Positions 1 to 9,851 are shown, counted from the first letter of the stretch. The stretch is DNA of 24,042 nt from Candidatus Odinarchaeia archaeon (GCA_029856525.1 JAHQXC010000012.1:1-24042), one strand, 5' to 3'. Notes: generated by a model from the sequence alone, not told the origin. Numbers and translations: made by a program.

Positions 1-272
1 CCTTCACAAACCTCTGTTAAAGCTTTCACCATAGCCATAAGATCATGGTGAATCAGCTCCTCTATTTCTTTAACCCGCTCCAGTCTCACATATTTAACAG
101 AGGCTTTCCTCGTAATCTCTTCAGCCGCCTCCCTTGGAATATTACCGAGCTCAGCATGGGCTTGAGCTAAAGCAGCTTCAACGTCAAGCCATTTCTGTAA
201 ACGATACTCCTCGGTGAACAGAGACCTCATTTCAGGATAGAAGTAACGGTATTCAATCGGGTGAACATACAA
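1..272 (-). CDS. purB: Adenylosuccinate lyase, N-terminal 90 codons (runs off the left edge)
   Basis: Manual translation from TTG at 272, preceded by GGAGG: MYVHPIEYRYFYPEMRSLFTEEYRLQKWLDVEAALAQAHAELGNIPREAAEEI...VKEIEELIHHDLMAMVKALTEVCE. This matches the archaeal PurB N-terminus, and the gene is last in the pur operon. It is absent from the ORF track because there is no stop in the window. Confidence 0.95.
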   Translation of the reverse strand, partial: MYVHPIEYRYFYPEMRSLFTEEYRLQKWLDVEAALAQAHAELGNIPREAAEEITRKASVKYVRLERVKEIEELIHHDLMAMVKALTEVCE

Positions 273-292
273 TTCTCCAATCCCCTCCAATA

Positions 293-694
293 TTATTTCG
301 TTAAGCTTAGTATTCTCTTAGCTAGTAGAGCGGCGTTTCTACCGTTATCGATGCCAACCGTGGCTACAGGAACCCCTGAAGGTGTTTGCACAATGGAGAG
401 CAGCGCGTCTAAGCCGCCTAGTTTAGCTGAAACAGGGACTCCGATAACCGGTTTACTCGTGTAAGAGGCGACAACCCCCGGTAAAGCTGCAGCTAAACCT
501 GCGATGCAAATATATATTTTAATTCTATCATCGTTTTCTCTAATATAAGCGTGAAGCCTCTCAGGTTCACGGTGAGCGCTAATATAGTTGACTTCATAGC
601 TTATCCCCTCCTCGTCGAGTGTAGATGTAACCTTCTCAACTATTTCACTATCAGATTTCGAACCAGCTAACACCGCGACATCTATTTTATTCAA
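293..694 (-). CDS. purE: AIR/N5-CAIR carboxylase-mutase PurE (short, 133 aa)
   Basis: Motifs [55 protein letters not shown]. Start moved from 733 to TTG 694, which has GAGGTG 6 nt upstream. Confidence 0.95.
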   Translation of the reverse strand: MNKIDVAVLAGSKSDSEIVEKVTSTLDEEGISYEVNYISAHREPERLHAYIRENDDRIKIYICIAGLAAALPGVVASYTSKPVIGVPVSAKLGGLDALLSIVQTPSGVPVATVGIDNGRNAALLAKRILSLTK

Positions 695-733
695 AGAGGA
701 CACCTCGACAAGCTTTAAAAAATAAGTGTCCAA

Positions 734-1666
734 TTAAGTTAAATAGTTTACTCTAAGAGATTTAACGAAGTCTTCAAGCTCTTTACGGGTTGGTAAACCA
801 CCCCTCGCACCGATATGCTGAATTTTTAAAGCAGCTACAGCCGCGCCCATGAAACCTGCCTCCCTAAGACTCTTACCGTTCAGTAACCCTGTTAGAAAAC
901 CGGCGGTGAAAGCGTCCCCGGCGCCGGTTGTATCCCGTACATTAACTTTTATAGCCGGGATCATATAGGTTTCAGAGCGGTCGGCGACCATGCAGCCTTC
1001 AGAGCCTAGTGTAATCGCGACAGTGGAGACGCCTAGCTTAAACAACCTTTCTTTAACGCTGTCTAATCCTTCAACGCCTAGTATTCTAACAGCTTCACTA
1101 TAAGATGAAATATATATATCAGTGTTTTCGATAATCGGTTTAGCTTTCGCTAAACCCTGGTTCGCGATTAAGGCGCCGGGGTTTAAAGCTGTTCTTAAAC
1201 CTTGGTCTTTAACATTCTTTGAAAGCTCTGCTAGAAAACCCGTGTTTTCAAGGCTAGCCATATATAGTAGACGGGTATCTAAAAGCTTATTAATATTTAA
1301 TTCACCGACGGACAGCTTATTAGCAGCCCCGGAGAAGGCGAACATCCTCCTATCCCCGGTTGAATCCACGGCGATAAAGCATAAACCTGTAGGCGTATCA
1401 GGTGATCTTAATATAAGAGATGTGTCAACTTTCTCTTCAGCGAATTTTCGAATTATTAAATCACCGAAGTAGTCTAATCCAATCTTACCTAGAAAAGCCA
1501 CTTTTAAACCGAGTCTAGAACAGGCTACAGCTGTGTTAGCGGCTGAACCCCCGTATTCAATCCTTAAATCAGGAATGAATATTTCATCATCCGACTCTGG
1601 GAAACGGTTAACTAAAGCGACTAAGTCTATTAGAGAGGCTCCGACAGATATTAAATCAAACTTCAA
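734..1666 (-). CDS. PfkB/ribokinase-family carbohydrate or nucleoside kinase
   Basis: GGSAANTAVACSRLG (PfkB signature 1) and DTTGAGDAFTAGFL (signature 2, catalytic Asp). TTG start with GGGAGTG upstream. Confidence 0.9.
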   Translation of the reverse strand: MKFDLISVGASLIDLVALVNRFPESDDEIFIPDLRIEYGGSAANTAVACSRLGLKVAFLGKIGLDYFGDLIIRKFAEEKVDTSLILRSPDTPTGLCFIAVDSTGDRRMFAFSGAANKLSVGELNINKLLDTRLLYMASLENTGFLAELSKNVKDQGLRTALNPGALIANQGLAKAKPIIENTDIYISSYSEAVRILGVEGLDSVKERLFKLGVSTVAITLGSEGCMVADRSETYMIPAIKVNVRDTTGAGDAFTAGFLTGLLNGKSLREAGFMGAAVAALKIQHIGARGGLPTRKELEDFVKSLRVNYLT

Positions 1667-1689
1667 GTTTTAACACTCCCTTATAAGCT

Positions 1690-2769
1690 TCAACCTAAAA
1701 CACCAACCCAGCCTCTAACCCTCCGCCTCATCTCTCTCTGAGCTTTAACAACCTCCTCTATTAAATTCGAATCAGCGTCTCTTAAATCATCTATACGGGG
1801 AACAAAGTTGTGTTGAATAAAATATTTTTTAGTGGAAGCGGAGATAAGAGAGCCCGGTATCCTCTCAGGGCTGTCTCTGAATAAAGGATACTTCTCCACC
1901 CATTCATCAAGCCACTCCCAAATCCTTTCATGATTCTCGAATAACAGGTAAGAGCCCATCTGATTCGGGCTGGTTACAGCGATATTCGCGTTTGGAACAG
2001 AATACTGGTTGCCGTTAAAGCTTACAGCTACACCGCCCTCATCTTTCACACGCTTCAACATGTTAATATCTGTAATAGAGTCGCCTACCGCGATCAACTT
2101 ATTTAAAGGGTAATCGTGTTTACACGCTATTTCAAGCATAGCCTTCTCTTTTCTACGACCACCTCTAACAGTAACCTTCATCATTGTCTCAGTGTATTTT
2201 GAACATGTTTTAAAGAAGAATTCATTCAACTCGTCTAAGACACCTATTAAACCTTTAGAAAAATATTTAGGGAATATATCATCGATTAGAATTTTAACCG
2301 CTGGAGTAATATCCCCTAGTGTACGCTTCAAATCCTCTACAGGGAAATCCGTGCAATACACGTTTTCTAAAGGCAATCCGATAAGCGAAGCAATATTATA
2401 CGCGTGCTGAGCGTAGCTTGTAGATATAACGTATACCCGCCAGCCTTCATATAATCGTTTAAATAAGTCTACGCTACCTGGAATGAGACCAGGGTTAGCT
2501 TTAGAAATATTCGAAAGCTCCTCCTCTGTGAAATAATAAGCGTAGAATGGAGCTAAAAGTCTTAGAGTATCACCGGGCTCATAGCTTTCAACGCCTAGTG
2601 AGCGGGTTATCTGAGGATGCTCTATAAGGTAATCGTCGTAGTTGCTTATCATCTGATAGAATAAATCAAGGTTAGAACGGTTTAACTTCTCTTCAAGTTT
2701 TTTAAAGAGATCGGCTGCGAAATCCACGTAGCTTATAGGTCCCTCAAGATCCCAGACCGTGAGCTTCAA
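1690..2769 (-). CDS. HAD-superfamily hydrolase, AF1437/COG4030 (often labelled EhaR-like) family
   Basis: Motif I variant WDLEGP, then NYDDYL, YEPGDTLRLLAPF, motif II ISTSY, motif IV VGDSITD, GGVAVSFNGN and C-terminal MRRRVRGWVGVLG. These resemble Archaeoglobus AF1437 as recalled. Start moved to TTG 2769 (GGGGTG 5 nt upstream). Confidence 0.8.
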   Translation of the reverse strand: MKLTVWDLEGPISYVDFAADLFKKLEEKLNRSNLDLFYQMISNYDDYLIEHPQITRSLGVESYEPGDTLRLLAPFYAYYFTEEELSNISKANPGLIPGSVDLFKRLYEGWRVYVISTSYAQHAYNIASLIGLPLENVYCTDFPVEDLKRTLGDITPAVKILIDDIFPKYFSKGLIGVLDELNEFFFKTCSKYTETMMKVTVRGGRRKEKAMLEIACKHDYPLNKLIAVGDSITDINMLKRVKDEGGVAVSFNGNQYSVPNANIAVTSPNQMGSYLLFENHERIWEWLDEWVEKYPLFRDSPERIPGSLISASTKKYFIQHNFVPRIDDLRDADSNLIEEVVKAQREMRRRVRGWVGVLG

Positions 2770-2793
2770 GCTAACACCCCCGCGGAGACTCAT

Positions 2794-4095
2794 TCAACTT
2801 AAAAGCTGCTTCATGTGATCTATTCTCTTCTGAATTAGCTTACGGGTTCCTATATCCCGTCTGTGAAACAACTCCCCGCCGATATAGCATATAGAGTTTT
2901 CAGCTATCCTCTCAGCCTCCTCTATAGTTGAGCCTACACCGAGCACGGCGATACTCCTAGAAGATGTTGTTAGAATTCTACCATTCACCTCGGAGACTGA
3001 AGCATAGTAGACGCGCCCTCCAAGGTTTCTAATCTCATCCTCGTTAACGGTCACCTCAGTCATCACAGGGCTCACAGGGTAGCCTACAGGCGCTAAATAT
3101 TTGACGACTGTAGCCTTATTCTCAAACTCTACGTGTTTAGCTGATAGATTACCATCTATTATTCTAAGACATATATCTGTGAAGCTGGTTTTAAGAATCG
3201 GTAGAATATTTATAGCCTCAGGGTCCCCGAATCTAGCGTTGAATTCGACAACCTTCAACCCGCTTCTAGTAAGCATGAATTGACCGTATAAAACGCCTTT
3301 ATAAGGTGTACCTGTCTCCTCTCTAACAGCTCTCACAGTCCTCTTTAAAATATCTAAAGCGATTGGAATATACTTTGAGTCTATGAACGGGAGACCGTGA
3401 TCGGGGAAACTGTATGAGCCCATACCCCCGGTGTTAGGACCCTGATCCCCTTCATAAGCTCTTTTATGATCTTGAACTAGAGGGGAACCGATAACATGCT
3501 CGCCGTCTACGAAAGCTTGAAGCGTAAACTCTTCACCGTCAAGTCTCTCTTCAACGACGACTCTACCATCCTTCTCTATTAACTCTCTAATATAGGCTTC
3601 AGCTTCAGCTATACTGGTTAAATGCTCCCCCCAGACTTTAACACCTTTACCCCCGGTTAAACCGTCAGGTTTCACGACGATGCTAGATTTTTTTTGAAGA
3701 TAGTCTCTAACATGATTCATGTCTTCGAACACCTGGTAGTCTGGGTTACCTGGAATCTTATATTTAGTTAACAGGAGGCGTGTGAAAGATTTACTAGACT
3801 CTAATCTTGCAACCGATCTACGCGGACCTATACACGGGACACCGGCATCCTCTAGTCTATCAACAAGACCGTCAGCTAAAGGATCCTCAGGCCCTATAAT
3901 ACAGAAGTCAACGTTTTTAGCGAATTCAACTATACTGTTGAAATCGTTAAGAGAACCTGTTTTAACCTCTCTAGATAGTTTAGCGATACCAGGGTTACGC
4001 GTCTTCATATAAGAGTATAACACGCCGCCGCTTTTCACAACGCTTTCAGCGATAGCGTGCTCTCTAGCACCTTGACCTACTAAGAGAACTTTCAT
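2794..4095 (-). CDS. purD: Phosphoribosylamine-glycine ligase
   Basis: MKVLLVGQGAREHAI, IGPEDPL, LESSKSF, VVKPDGLTGGKGV, QDHKRAYEGDQGPNTGGMGS, EFNARFGDPE. ATG 4095; TTG 4098 is an alternative start. Confidence 0.97.
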   Translation of the reverse strand: MKVLLVGQGAREHAIAESVVKSGGVLYSYMKTRNPGIAKLSREVKTGSLNDFNSIVEFAKNVDFCIIGPEDPLADGLVDRLEDAGVPCIGPRRSVARLESSKSFTRLLLTKYKIPGNPDYQVFEDMNHVRDYLQKKSSIVVKPDGLTGGKGVKVWGEHLTSIAEAEAYIRELIEKDGRVVVEERLDGEEFTLQAFVDGEHVIGSPLVQDHKRAYEGDQGPNTGGMGSYSFPDHGLPFIDSKYIPIALDILKRTVRAVREETGTPYKGVLYGQFMLTRSGLKVVEFNARFGDPEAINILPILKTSFTDICLRIIDGNLSAKHVEFENKATVVKYLAPVGYPVSPVMTEVTVNEDEIRNLGGRVYYASVSEVNGRILTTSSRSIAVLGVGSTIEEAERIAENSICYIGGELFHRRDIGTRKLIQKRIDHMKQLLS

Positions 4096-5530
4096 CAACA
4101 CACTCACCATCCTCTCTATGCGTAAGCTTCTTCTGTCTAATATTCTTAGCTTTCATATTCGGATAGCATCCTGTAAGACAAGCCAAGCAGAGACGGCTTC
4201 TATCAAGGCCGATCGCTTCTATTAAACCCTCAAGGGACTGGTAGCCTAAGCTGTCAACACCTATCTCGGATTTTATTTCTTCAACAGATTTATTAGCGGC
4301 TACAAGCTCATCTCTACTCGGGAAGTCGATACCCATATAACACGGGGATATGATAGGAGGGCAGCTTACTCTGAAATGAACTTCTTCAGCTCCAGCCTTC
4401 CGGACGATGTTAACTATACGCCTGGATGTTGTACTCCTCACAATACTGTCATCTATTAAGACAACTCTCCTACCTTCAATAGCCTCTTTAACAGGGTTAA
4501 TCTTCAATTTCACATATCTTTCGCGAAGCTCAGGGTATGGGAGTATGAAGGTTCTCCAAATAGACCTGTTCCTGATGAGGCCTTCAACTAAAGGAATACC
4601 TGATTGATGAGAGAAACCTATCGCGGCGACGCGGCCTGAATCAGGTACAGGTATCACAACATCAGCGTCTACGGGGTGTAGTTTAGCCAGGTTTACACCT
4701 AACTTCATACGCACGTTGTGAACTGATATACCGTTTATGATTGAATCAGGTCTAGCGAAGTAAACGTATTCGAACATACAGTGAGCTGTAGGCTGAGCTG
4801 GATTAGATGACTCGAATACTTTACGGGGTTCAATACGATTATCCTGGATGACGAGTATTTCACCCGGTTGAATATCGCGGAGATAGTTTACTTCAAGAAT
4901 ATCGAAGACCACGGTTTCAGATGATATAACATACGAGCCTTTCTCTAGTTCACCTATAGATAAAGGTCTGAAGCCGAGCGGGTCACGGATCGCGTAAAGC
5001 TGACCGCTGTTATTCATTAAAACCATGGAGTAAGCTCCCTCTAAAAGCTCCATTGTACGCTCAATCGCCTTATTATAGTTGAAATCCGATTCTAGAAGAT
5101 AAGAGATCATGAGATGAGCGATAACCTCTGTGTCAGCGTCTGAAGTAAACGTATGCCCGCGGCGTATAAGATTCTTTTTAAGCTCTAGGTGATTTGTAAT
5201 ATTCCCGTTGAAGGCTAAAGCGAACTGAGTGTCACCTATATCAATAGTGTAAGGTTGAATGTTAGCTTCATTACTAGAACCGGATGTAGAGTAACGCGTA
5301 TGCCCGATACCTATATTCCCGAATAATTTAGATAAGCTCTCCTCAGGTATAGCTTCATCAACGCTACCCATACCTTTAACTGAGCGTATAGTTCTACCTG
5401 TGAGAACGCTTACACCAGCTGATTCCTGTCCGCGATGCTGTAAGATGAGTAAACCATCGTATAGCAGGTGGGCTACGTTGAAATCACGGCTATGAGAGTA
5501 AACACCGACTACGCCGCAAGACTCTCTCAC
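4064..5530 (-). CDS. purF: Amidophosphoribosyltransferase ([4Fe-4S] type, short propeptide)
   Basis: (M)RESCGVVG with the Ntn catalytic Cys, LQHRGQESAG, GHTRYSTSG, PRPP motif VLIDDSIVRSTT, and Fe-S cysteines in CMFE, SCPP..CYMG and CLAC. The GTG start overlaps the purL stop (GTGA). Confidence 0.97.
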   Translation of the reverse strand: MRESCGVVGVYSHSRDFNVAHLLYDGLLILQHRGQESAGVSVLTGRTIRSVKGMGSVDEAIPEESLSKLFGNIGIGHTRYSTSGSSNEANIQPYTIDIGDTQFALAFNGNITNHLELKKNLIRRGHTFTSDADTEVIAHLMISYLLESDFNYNKAIERTMELLEGAYSMVLMNNSGQLYAIRDPLGFRPLSIGELEKGSYVISSETVVFDILEVNYLRDIQPGEILVIQDNRIEPRKVFESSNPAQPTAHCMFEYVYFARPDSIINGISVHNVRMKLGVNLAKLHPVDADVVIPVPDSGRVAAIGFSHQSGIPLVEGLIRNRSIWRTFILPYPELRERYVKLKINPVKEAIEGRRVVLIDDSIVRSTTSRRIVNIVRKAGAEEVHFRVSCPPIISPCYMGIDFPSRDELVAANKSVEEIKSEIGVDSLGYQSLEGLIEAIGLDRSRLCLACLTGCYPNMKAKNIRQKKLTHREDGECVDESSLSRSRC

Positions 5531-7755
5531 TTCATCCATTTATTAACACCCATATAACGGGGTATCGTCTCATAGTATAGTTTTCTAAGCCTACGAGTCG
5601 AGCAGGATACCCTCCTATTCTTATATTCGAATTCGAATCTACCTTTATCAGTGACTACACCGATCTCTTTAACTGGAATATTATTTTCATCGAATATTTC
5701 AATCACGTCGGTTAAATACTCTTCCCCTGTTGTTAGAATATAACGGCTGTGGCTTTCAGAGAAAAGAAGCTCGTCGAATCTTAAATCAGGGTCACCTACC
5801 CCGTTCAAGTTAACAGTAGCTGACAGATTATTCTCCATACCCATTTCAATCAAGCTTACAGCGATACCTCCCCTGAAGCAGTCGTGGGCTGCTGAGATTT
5901 TACCTGTTCGAACAGCTTTTAAAACTGTTTTCAAAGTAGCCGCCTCCAAGTCGAGGTTAACTACAGGAGCACGGCCTCCTTGAATATTATGATAGAACGT
6001 ATAGTATTCTGATCCACCCATTTCACGGTGGGTTAAACCCACCATGAGTATTCTTTCACCAGGCTTCTTAAAACTCATAGTCGTAATATATGACAGGTCC
6101 TCTATTAAACCAACTGTGAGAACTACAGGGCAAGGTTTAACCACACGGGCGCTCACCTGATCCTCATTATAGAAGCTTACGTTACCGCCTATGCAGGGAA
6201 TCTTCAACTTTAAAGCGTAGTCTGTTAAACCTTTAATAGTCTCATTGAAAGACCATAAAACCTCAGGGTTCTCAGGGTTACCGAAGCTTAAACAATCAAC
6301 CCATGCTAAAGGCTCAGCTCCTGTAACAGCTACATTTCTACAAGACTCAGCTAAAGCCCCAGCTCCACCATTATACGGGTCAAGATAAGAGTGGCTGGGT
6401 GTAGCGTCGGATTTAGCGGCTATCGCCTTGTTTTCACCTAAAACACGGAGAACCGCGGCGTCAGCTTGACCAGGTTTAATAATAGTTCGATCACCGACTT
6501 CATGATCGTATTGACGGTAAACCCATGCTTTAGAAGCCAGGTTAGGGGAGCCTACAAGCTTGTAAACCACTTCAGCTAGATTTAAAGGCATAGGGGGAGG
6601 TGTCACAGCAGCCAGCTGATCTATATAAGAGGGGCGTTTAACAGGACGGTTTAAAACAGGTGGGTCAGATAACATTCTAGAAGGTACCTGGGCTACGAGG
6701 CGACCGTTTTTATAAACGTTAACCATTTTAGACCCGTCTACTCTTCCAATAACACTATATGAGAGCTCGTATTTATCGAATATTCGAGTTATTTCACTCA
6801 CACCTTCAGGTTTAACGACGAATAGCATCCGCTCCTGTGATTCAGATAACATTATCTCGTATGGAATCATATTCTCTTCTCTTAAAATAACATTGTCAAG
6901 GTTTATTTCAACACCTGTCCCCCCTGCACCAGACATCTCTGAAGCAGCGCAGGTTAAACCTCCGCCGCCTAAATCTTTTAAACCTGTCACATACCCTGTT
7001 TTCACCGCTTCTAAAGTAGCTTCGATAATAAGTTTTTTAGTGAATGGGTCTCCTATTTGAACAGCCGGTCTATCAGCTTCAGAAGCCTCTGTTAAAACAC
7101 GTGAAGCGAACGTCACACCGTGTATTCCATCTCTACCAGTCGAACCCCCCATTAATATTAGAATATCACCGATGTTTCTAGCCACGCTTAAAACTATATC
7201 CTCTCTTTTAGCTAATCCTATACAGCCGACGTTAACAAGACAGTTATTCTCATAGCTGTCGTCGAATTCAACATCCCCTCCAACCGTAGGCACCCCGATA
7301 CAGTTACCGTAGTCGCTGATACCTTTAACCACGTATTCGAAAAGCCATTTAGAGTGGTTGCTGCGGAGTTCACCGAATCTGAGATTATTAAATAACGCGA
7401 TAGGGCGGGCTCCCATGCAGAGTATATCTCTTACAATACCGCCTATACCTGTAGCCGCTCCATTATAAGGTTCTATAGCGGAAGGGTGATTATGAGTCTC
7501 AACTTTGAAGACGACCACGTCACCGTCGTTGATGTCGACGACACCGGCGTCCATGCCAGGTCCTACAATAACTCTAGGCCCCTCTTTAGGGAGCTGTCTA
7601 AGAAAAGGTTTAGAAGACTTGTATGAACAGTGCTCAGACCACATTACATCGATCATACCCGCTTCAACTTGATTAGGCTCCCTGCCTAGTAAAGCTTTAG
7701 CTTTCTCAACCTCCTCTTCTGTGAGGTTGACTTTAACACCGTTAATGAAAGTCAT
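5527..7755 (-). CDS. purL: Phosphoribosylformylglycinamidine synthase subunit PurL (small-type)
   Basis: WSEHCSYKSS, KVETHNHPSAIEPYNGAATGIGGIVRDI, GRDGIHG, DLGGGGL, SESQERM. Confidence 0.98.
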   Translation of the reverse strand: MTFINGVKVNLTEEEVEKAKALLGREPNQVEAGMIDVMWSEHCSYKSSKPFLRQLPKEGPRVIVGPGMDAGVVDINDGDVVVFKVETHNHPSAIEPYNGAATGIGGIVRDILCMGARPIALFNNLRFGELRSNHSKWLFEYVVKGISDYGNCIGVPTVGGDVEFDDSYENNCLVNVGCIGLAKREDIVLSVARNIGDILILMGGSTGRDGIHGVTFASRVLTEASEADRPAVQIGDPFTKKLIIEATLEAVKTGYVTGLKDLGGGGLTCAASEMSGAGGTGVEINLDNVILREENMIPYEIMLSESQERMLFVVKPEGVSEITRIFDKYELSYSVIGRVDGSKMVNVYKNGRLVAQVPSRMLSDPPVLNRPVKRPSYIDQLAAVTPPPMPLNLAEVVYKLVGSPNLASKAWVYRQYDHEVGDRTIIKPGQADAAVLRVLGENKAIAAKSDATPSHSYLDPYNGGAGALAESCRNVAVTGAEPLAWVDCLSFGNPENPEVLWSFNETIKGLTDYALKLKIPCIGGNVSFYNEDQVSARVVKPCPVVLTVGLIEDLSYITTMSFKKPGERILMVGLTHREMGGSEYYTFYHNIQGGRAPVVNLDLEAATLKTVLKAVRTGKISAAHDCFRGGIAVSLIEMGMENNLSATVNLNGVGDPDLRFDELLFSESHSRYILTTGEEYLTDVIEIFDENNIPVKEIGVVTDKGRFEFEYKNRRVSCSTRRLRKLYYETIPRYMGVNKWMK

Positions 7756-8463
7756 TCAACGACCACCGTTAAAATATTTTATAAGTGATTCGAAGATTAA
7801 ACGACCATGCTCGGTTTTATAAGGGCTGAGAATCGCTTCAGAAGCTCTTTCAGGATGAGGCATTAAACCGACTACGTTACCCTCCAGATTACATATACCG
7901 GCGATGTTATCCATCGACCCGTTTGGATTAGAATCATCTGTTTCAACACCGTTTTCGTTAACATATTTGAATACGATTTGATCGTTATCATATAACTCCT
8001 TGATCCTTCTACGAGTGTTAACGTATCTACCCTCTTTATGCGCGATAGGTATTCTGAGAATAGATGATTTTTTAATGAAGCGGGTGAAAGGTGTCCGCGA
8101 GGTTTCCACTCTAAGATTCACCCATCTGCATACGAAGGTTAAACAGTTATTCTGAAGGAGGGCGCCGTCTAAAAGCTTTGATTCAATTAATATCTGGAAG
8201 CCGTTGCAGATTCCGAGAACAGGTTTACCTTCAGCAGCCATTTCGCGTACATAGCGCATAGCAGGACTGTAGGCTGCGATCACGCCTGCTCGAAGATGGT
8301 CGCCGTAGGAGAATCCTCCTGGGAGAATAACCGCGTCGAAGTCGTCGCTTTTAAATTCTTTATGCCATATTAGATGAGCGTCTTGTTTAAGCACGTTTCT
8401 CAACACGTGTAAAGCGTCATACTCGCAGTTTGATCCGGGGAATTGAATTATAGCGATTTTCAA
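7756..8463 (-). CDS. purQ: FGAM synthase glutaminase subunit PurQ
   Basis: FPGSNCE, PGGFSYGDHLRAG, LGICNGFQIL (catalytic Cys), MPHPER. Confidence 0.98.
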   Translation of the reverse strand: MKIAIIQFPGSNCEYDALHVLRNVLKQDAHLIWHKEFKSDDFDAVILPGGFSYGDHLRAGVIAAYSPAMRYVREMAAEGKPVLGICNGFQILIESKLLDGALLQNNCLTFVCRWVNLRVETSRTPFTRFIKKSSILRIPIAHKEGRYVNTRRRIKELYDNDQIVFKYVNENGVETDDSNPNGSMDNIAGICNLEGNVVGLMPHPERASEAILSPYKTEHGRLIFESLIKYFNGGR

Positions 8464-8726
8464 CCGGTACTCTCCTTTAAAACTATACTATAAGTGTGAG
8501 CTACAGGATTATATATTCTAAGATCGTTAATCATTTTTATAACATAGTTTTTAGCTTCTTCACCGTTTTCAGCGGAAACCTTTATTCTAAGAAATTTACC
8601 GGTTCTAACAGAGTTAACTCTATCATAACCTGTTTTATGCATTAGATCCCTCATTATAGTCACGCCTTCAGGATCCTTCGCGTACGGTTTACTTTCGATA
8701 ACGACTTCTACAATATACTCTCTCAA
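8460..8726 (-). CDS. purS: FGAM synthase subunit PurS
   Basis: 88 aa with DPEG, VRTGK and NPV motifs, located between purC and purQ with 4-nt overlaps. Confidence 0.95.
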   Translation of the reverse strand: MREYIVEVVIESKPYAKDPEGVTIMRDLMHKTGYDRVNSVRTGKFLRIKVSAENGEEAKNYVIKMINDLRIYNPVAHTYSIVLKESTG

Positions 8727-9481
8727 CTTTCAAGACCCTCTTTTAAAGGTTCTTCACCTGTTATAACTTTAAAAGCCTCTATGTATGTTTCCCTCACCCT
8801 CTCTAAAGCGTCACCGCTTCTATAACCGTCTTTATCGAAGGCTCTTCTACCGTCAAGTGTAGCCCAAAGCCTCATAGAATCCCCGTTCAACTCGTCACCT
8901 ATTATAACATTGTCTGCGGTTAAACGGCCGAATTCTATTTTAAAATCAACGAAGATGAGGCCGCGCTTAGCGAAGAAGTCTTTTAACACAAGGTTCGCTT
9001 TCAAAGTGTAATCTTTCATCTGTGATATTTCCCGCTCCGAGGCGACGCGGAGGGCTTGAATATGGTATTCGTTAACCATCGGGTCGTGTAATTCATCTGA
9101 TTTATAGAAGAATTCGACTACAGGAGGGTTAAGCTGTTGACCTGTTTTGAAAAACGGTAGTCTTTTAACAAGATGCCCGGCGGCGATGTTCCTGCACACA
9201 ACCTCTAAAGGCAGCATCTGAATTTTTTTAGCTATTATAATATTAGGGAAAACATATTCTACTAGTTGAGTTGGGATACCTGCTTTTTCAAGTTTTTCGA
9301 AAAGATATTTAGTTATATAAGCGTTAATGTATCCTTTCCCGGTGATTACATCATGCTTTAAACCGTCTAAAGCTGTTATATCATTTTTAAAATATAAGAT
9401 GACTTTATCAGGGTCGTCGTGAAGATATACTCTTTTAGTTTTACCTTCAGCGATCAGCTGCCTACCTTTTATAATACTCAT
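8723..9481 (-). CDS. purC: SAICAR synthetase
   Basis: EGKTK, KNDITALDG, PLEVVCRNIAAG, EFFYKSDELHDP, VDFKIEFG, DELNGDSMRLW, DKDGYR. Confidence 0.97.
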   Translation of the reverse strand: MSIIKGRQLIAEGKTKRVYLHDDPDKVILYFKNDITALDGLKHDVITGKGYINAYITKYLFEKLEKAGIPTQLVEYVFPNIIIAKKIQMLPLEVVCRNIAAGHLVKRLPFFKTGQQLNPPVVEFFYKSDELHDPMVNEYHIQALRVASEREISQMKDYTLKANLVLKDFFAKRGLIFVDFKIEFGRLTADNVIIGDELNGDSMRLWATLDGRRAFDKDGYRSGDALERVRETYIEAFKVITGEEPLKEGLES

Positions 9482-9489
9482 CCTATAAG

Positions 9490-9532
9490 CCTCCGGGTTA
9501 AGTATATTTGAGAAGGGAATATAAATATTTTT
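9490..9532 (-). promoter_or_regulatory. Putative BRE/TATA promoter and Shine-Dalgarno of the pur operon
   Basis: Minus strand reads AAAAATA-TTTATA (9532-9520) about 25 nt upstream of GGAGG (9494-9490), which precedes the purC ATG. Confidence 0.55.
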
Positions 9533-9563
9533 AAAAATAAAATCATATTTTATAGAAAGCAGT

Positions 9564-9851
9564 CTAAGATGCAGCTGAACCCGTATATATTTTAATACGC
9601 CTACTCTCAGAGACAGGTTTAATCAAACCCTTCTCAGCTAGTTGAAGCAAAACCTTCTTAGCCTCACCTAACCGAAGATTATATTTAACACCAAGCATAT
9701 TAGGCGTAATCACCTTCATCTTCGGAACCTCTCTAACAAGAGATTTAAGCAGCTCAGGTTTCAGCTCAACATCTTTAATATTCTTCTCAATTTTTTCAGG
9801 AGTAGCCCCCTTCTTTTTAACTTTAGCCTTACCCTTAGCCTGCTGGGACAT
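9564..9851 (-). CDS. rps25e: 30S ribosomal protein S25e
   Basis: Lys-rich N-terminus followed by the winged-helix core REVPKMKVITPNMLGVKYNLRLGEAKKVLLQLAEKGLIKPV..RRIKIY. GAGGTG SD 5 nt upstream. Confidence 0.92.
   Translation of the reverse strand: MSQQAKGKAKVKKKGATPEKIEKNIKDVELKPELLKSLVREVPKMKVITPNMLGVKYNLRLGEAKKVLLQLAEKGLIKPVSESRRIKIYTGSAAS

Noticed and set aside
1690-2769. Calling the HAD gene a true energy-converting hydrogenase subunit (ehaR)
   Set aside because: No hydrogenase genes are nearby, and the sequence has HAD phosphatase motifs.
4064-4160. PurF C-terminal tail overlapping the purD start by 32 nt, as a possible frameshift
   Set aside because: All conserved PurF motifs are complete before the tail, and short overlaps are normal in this compact operon.
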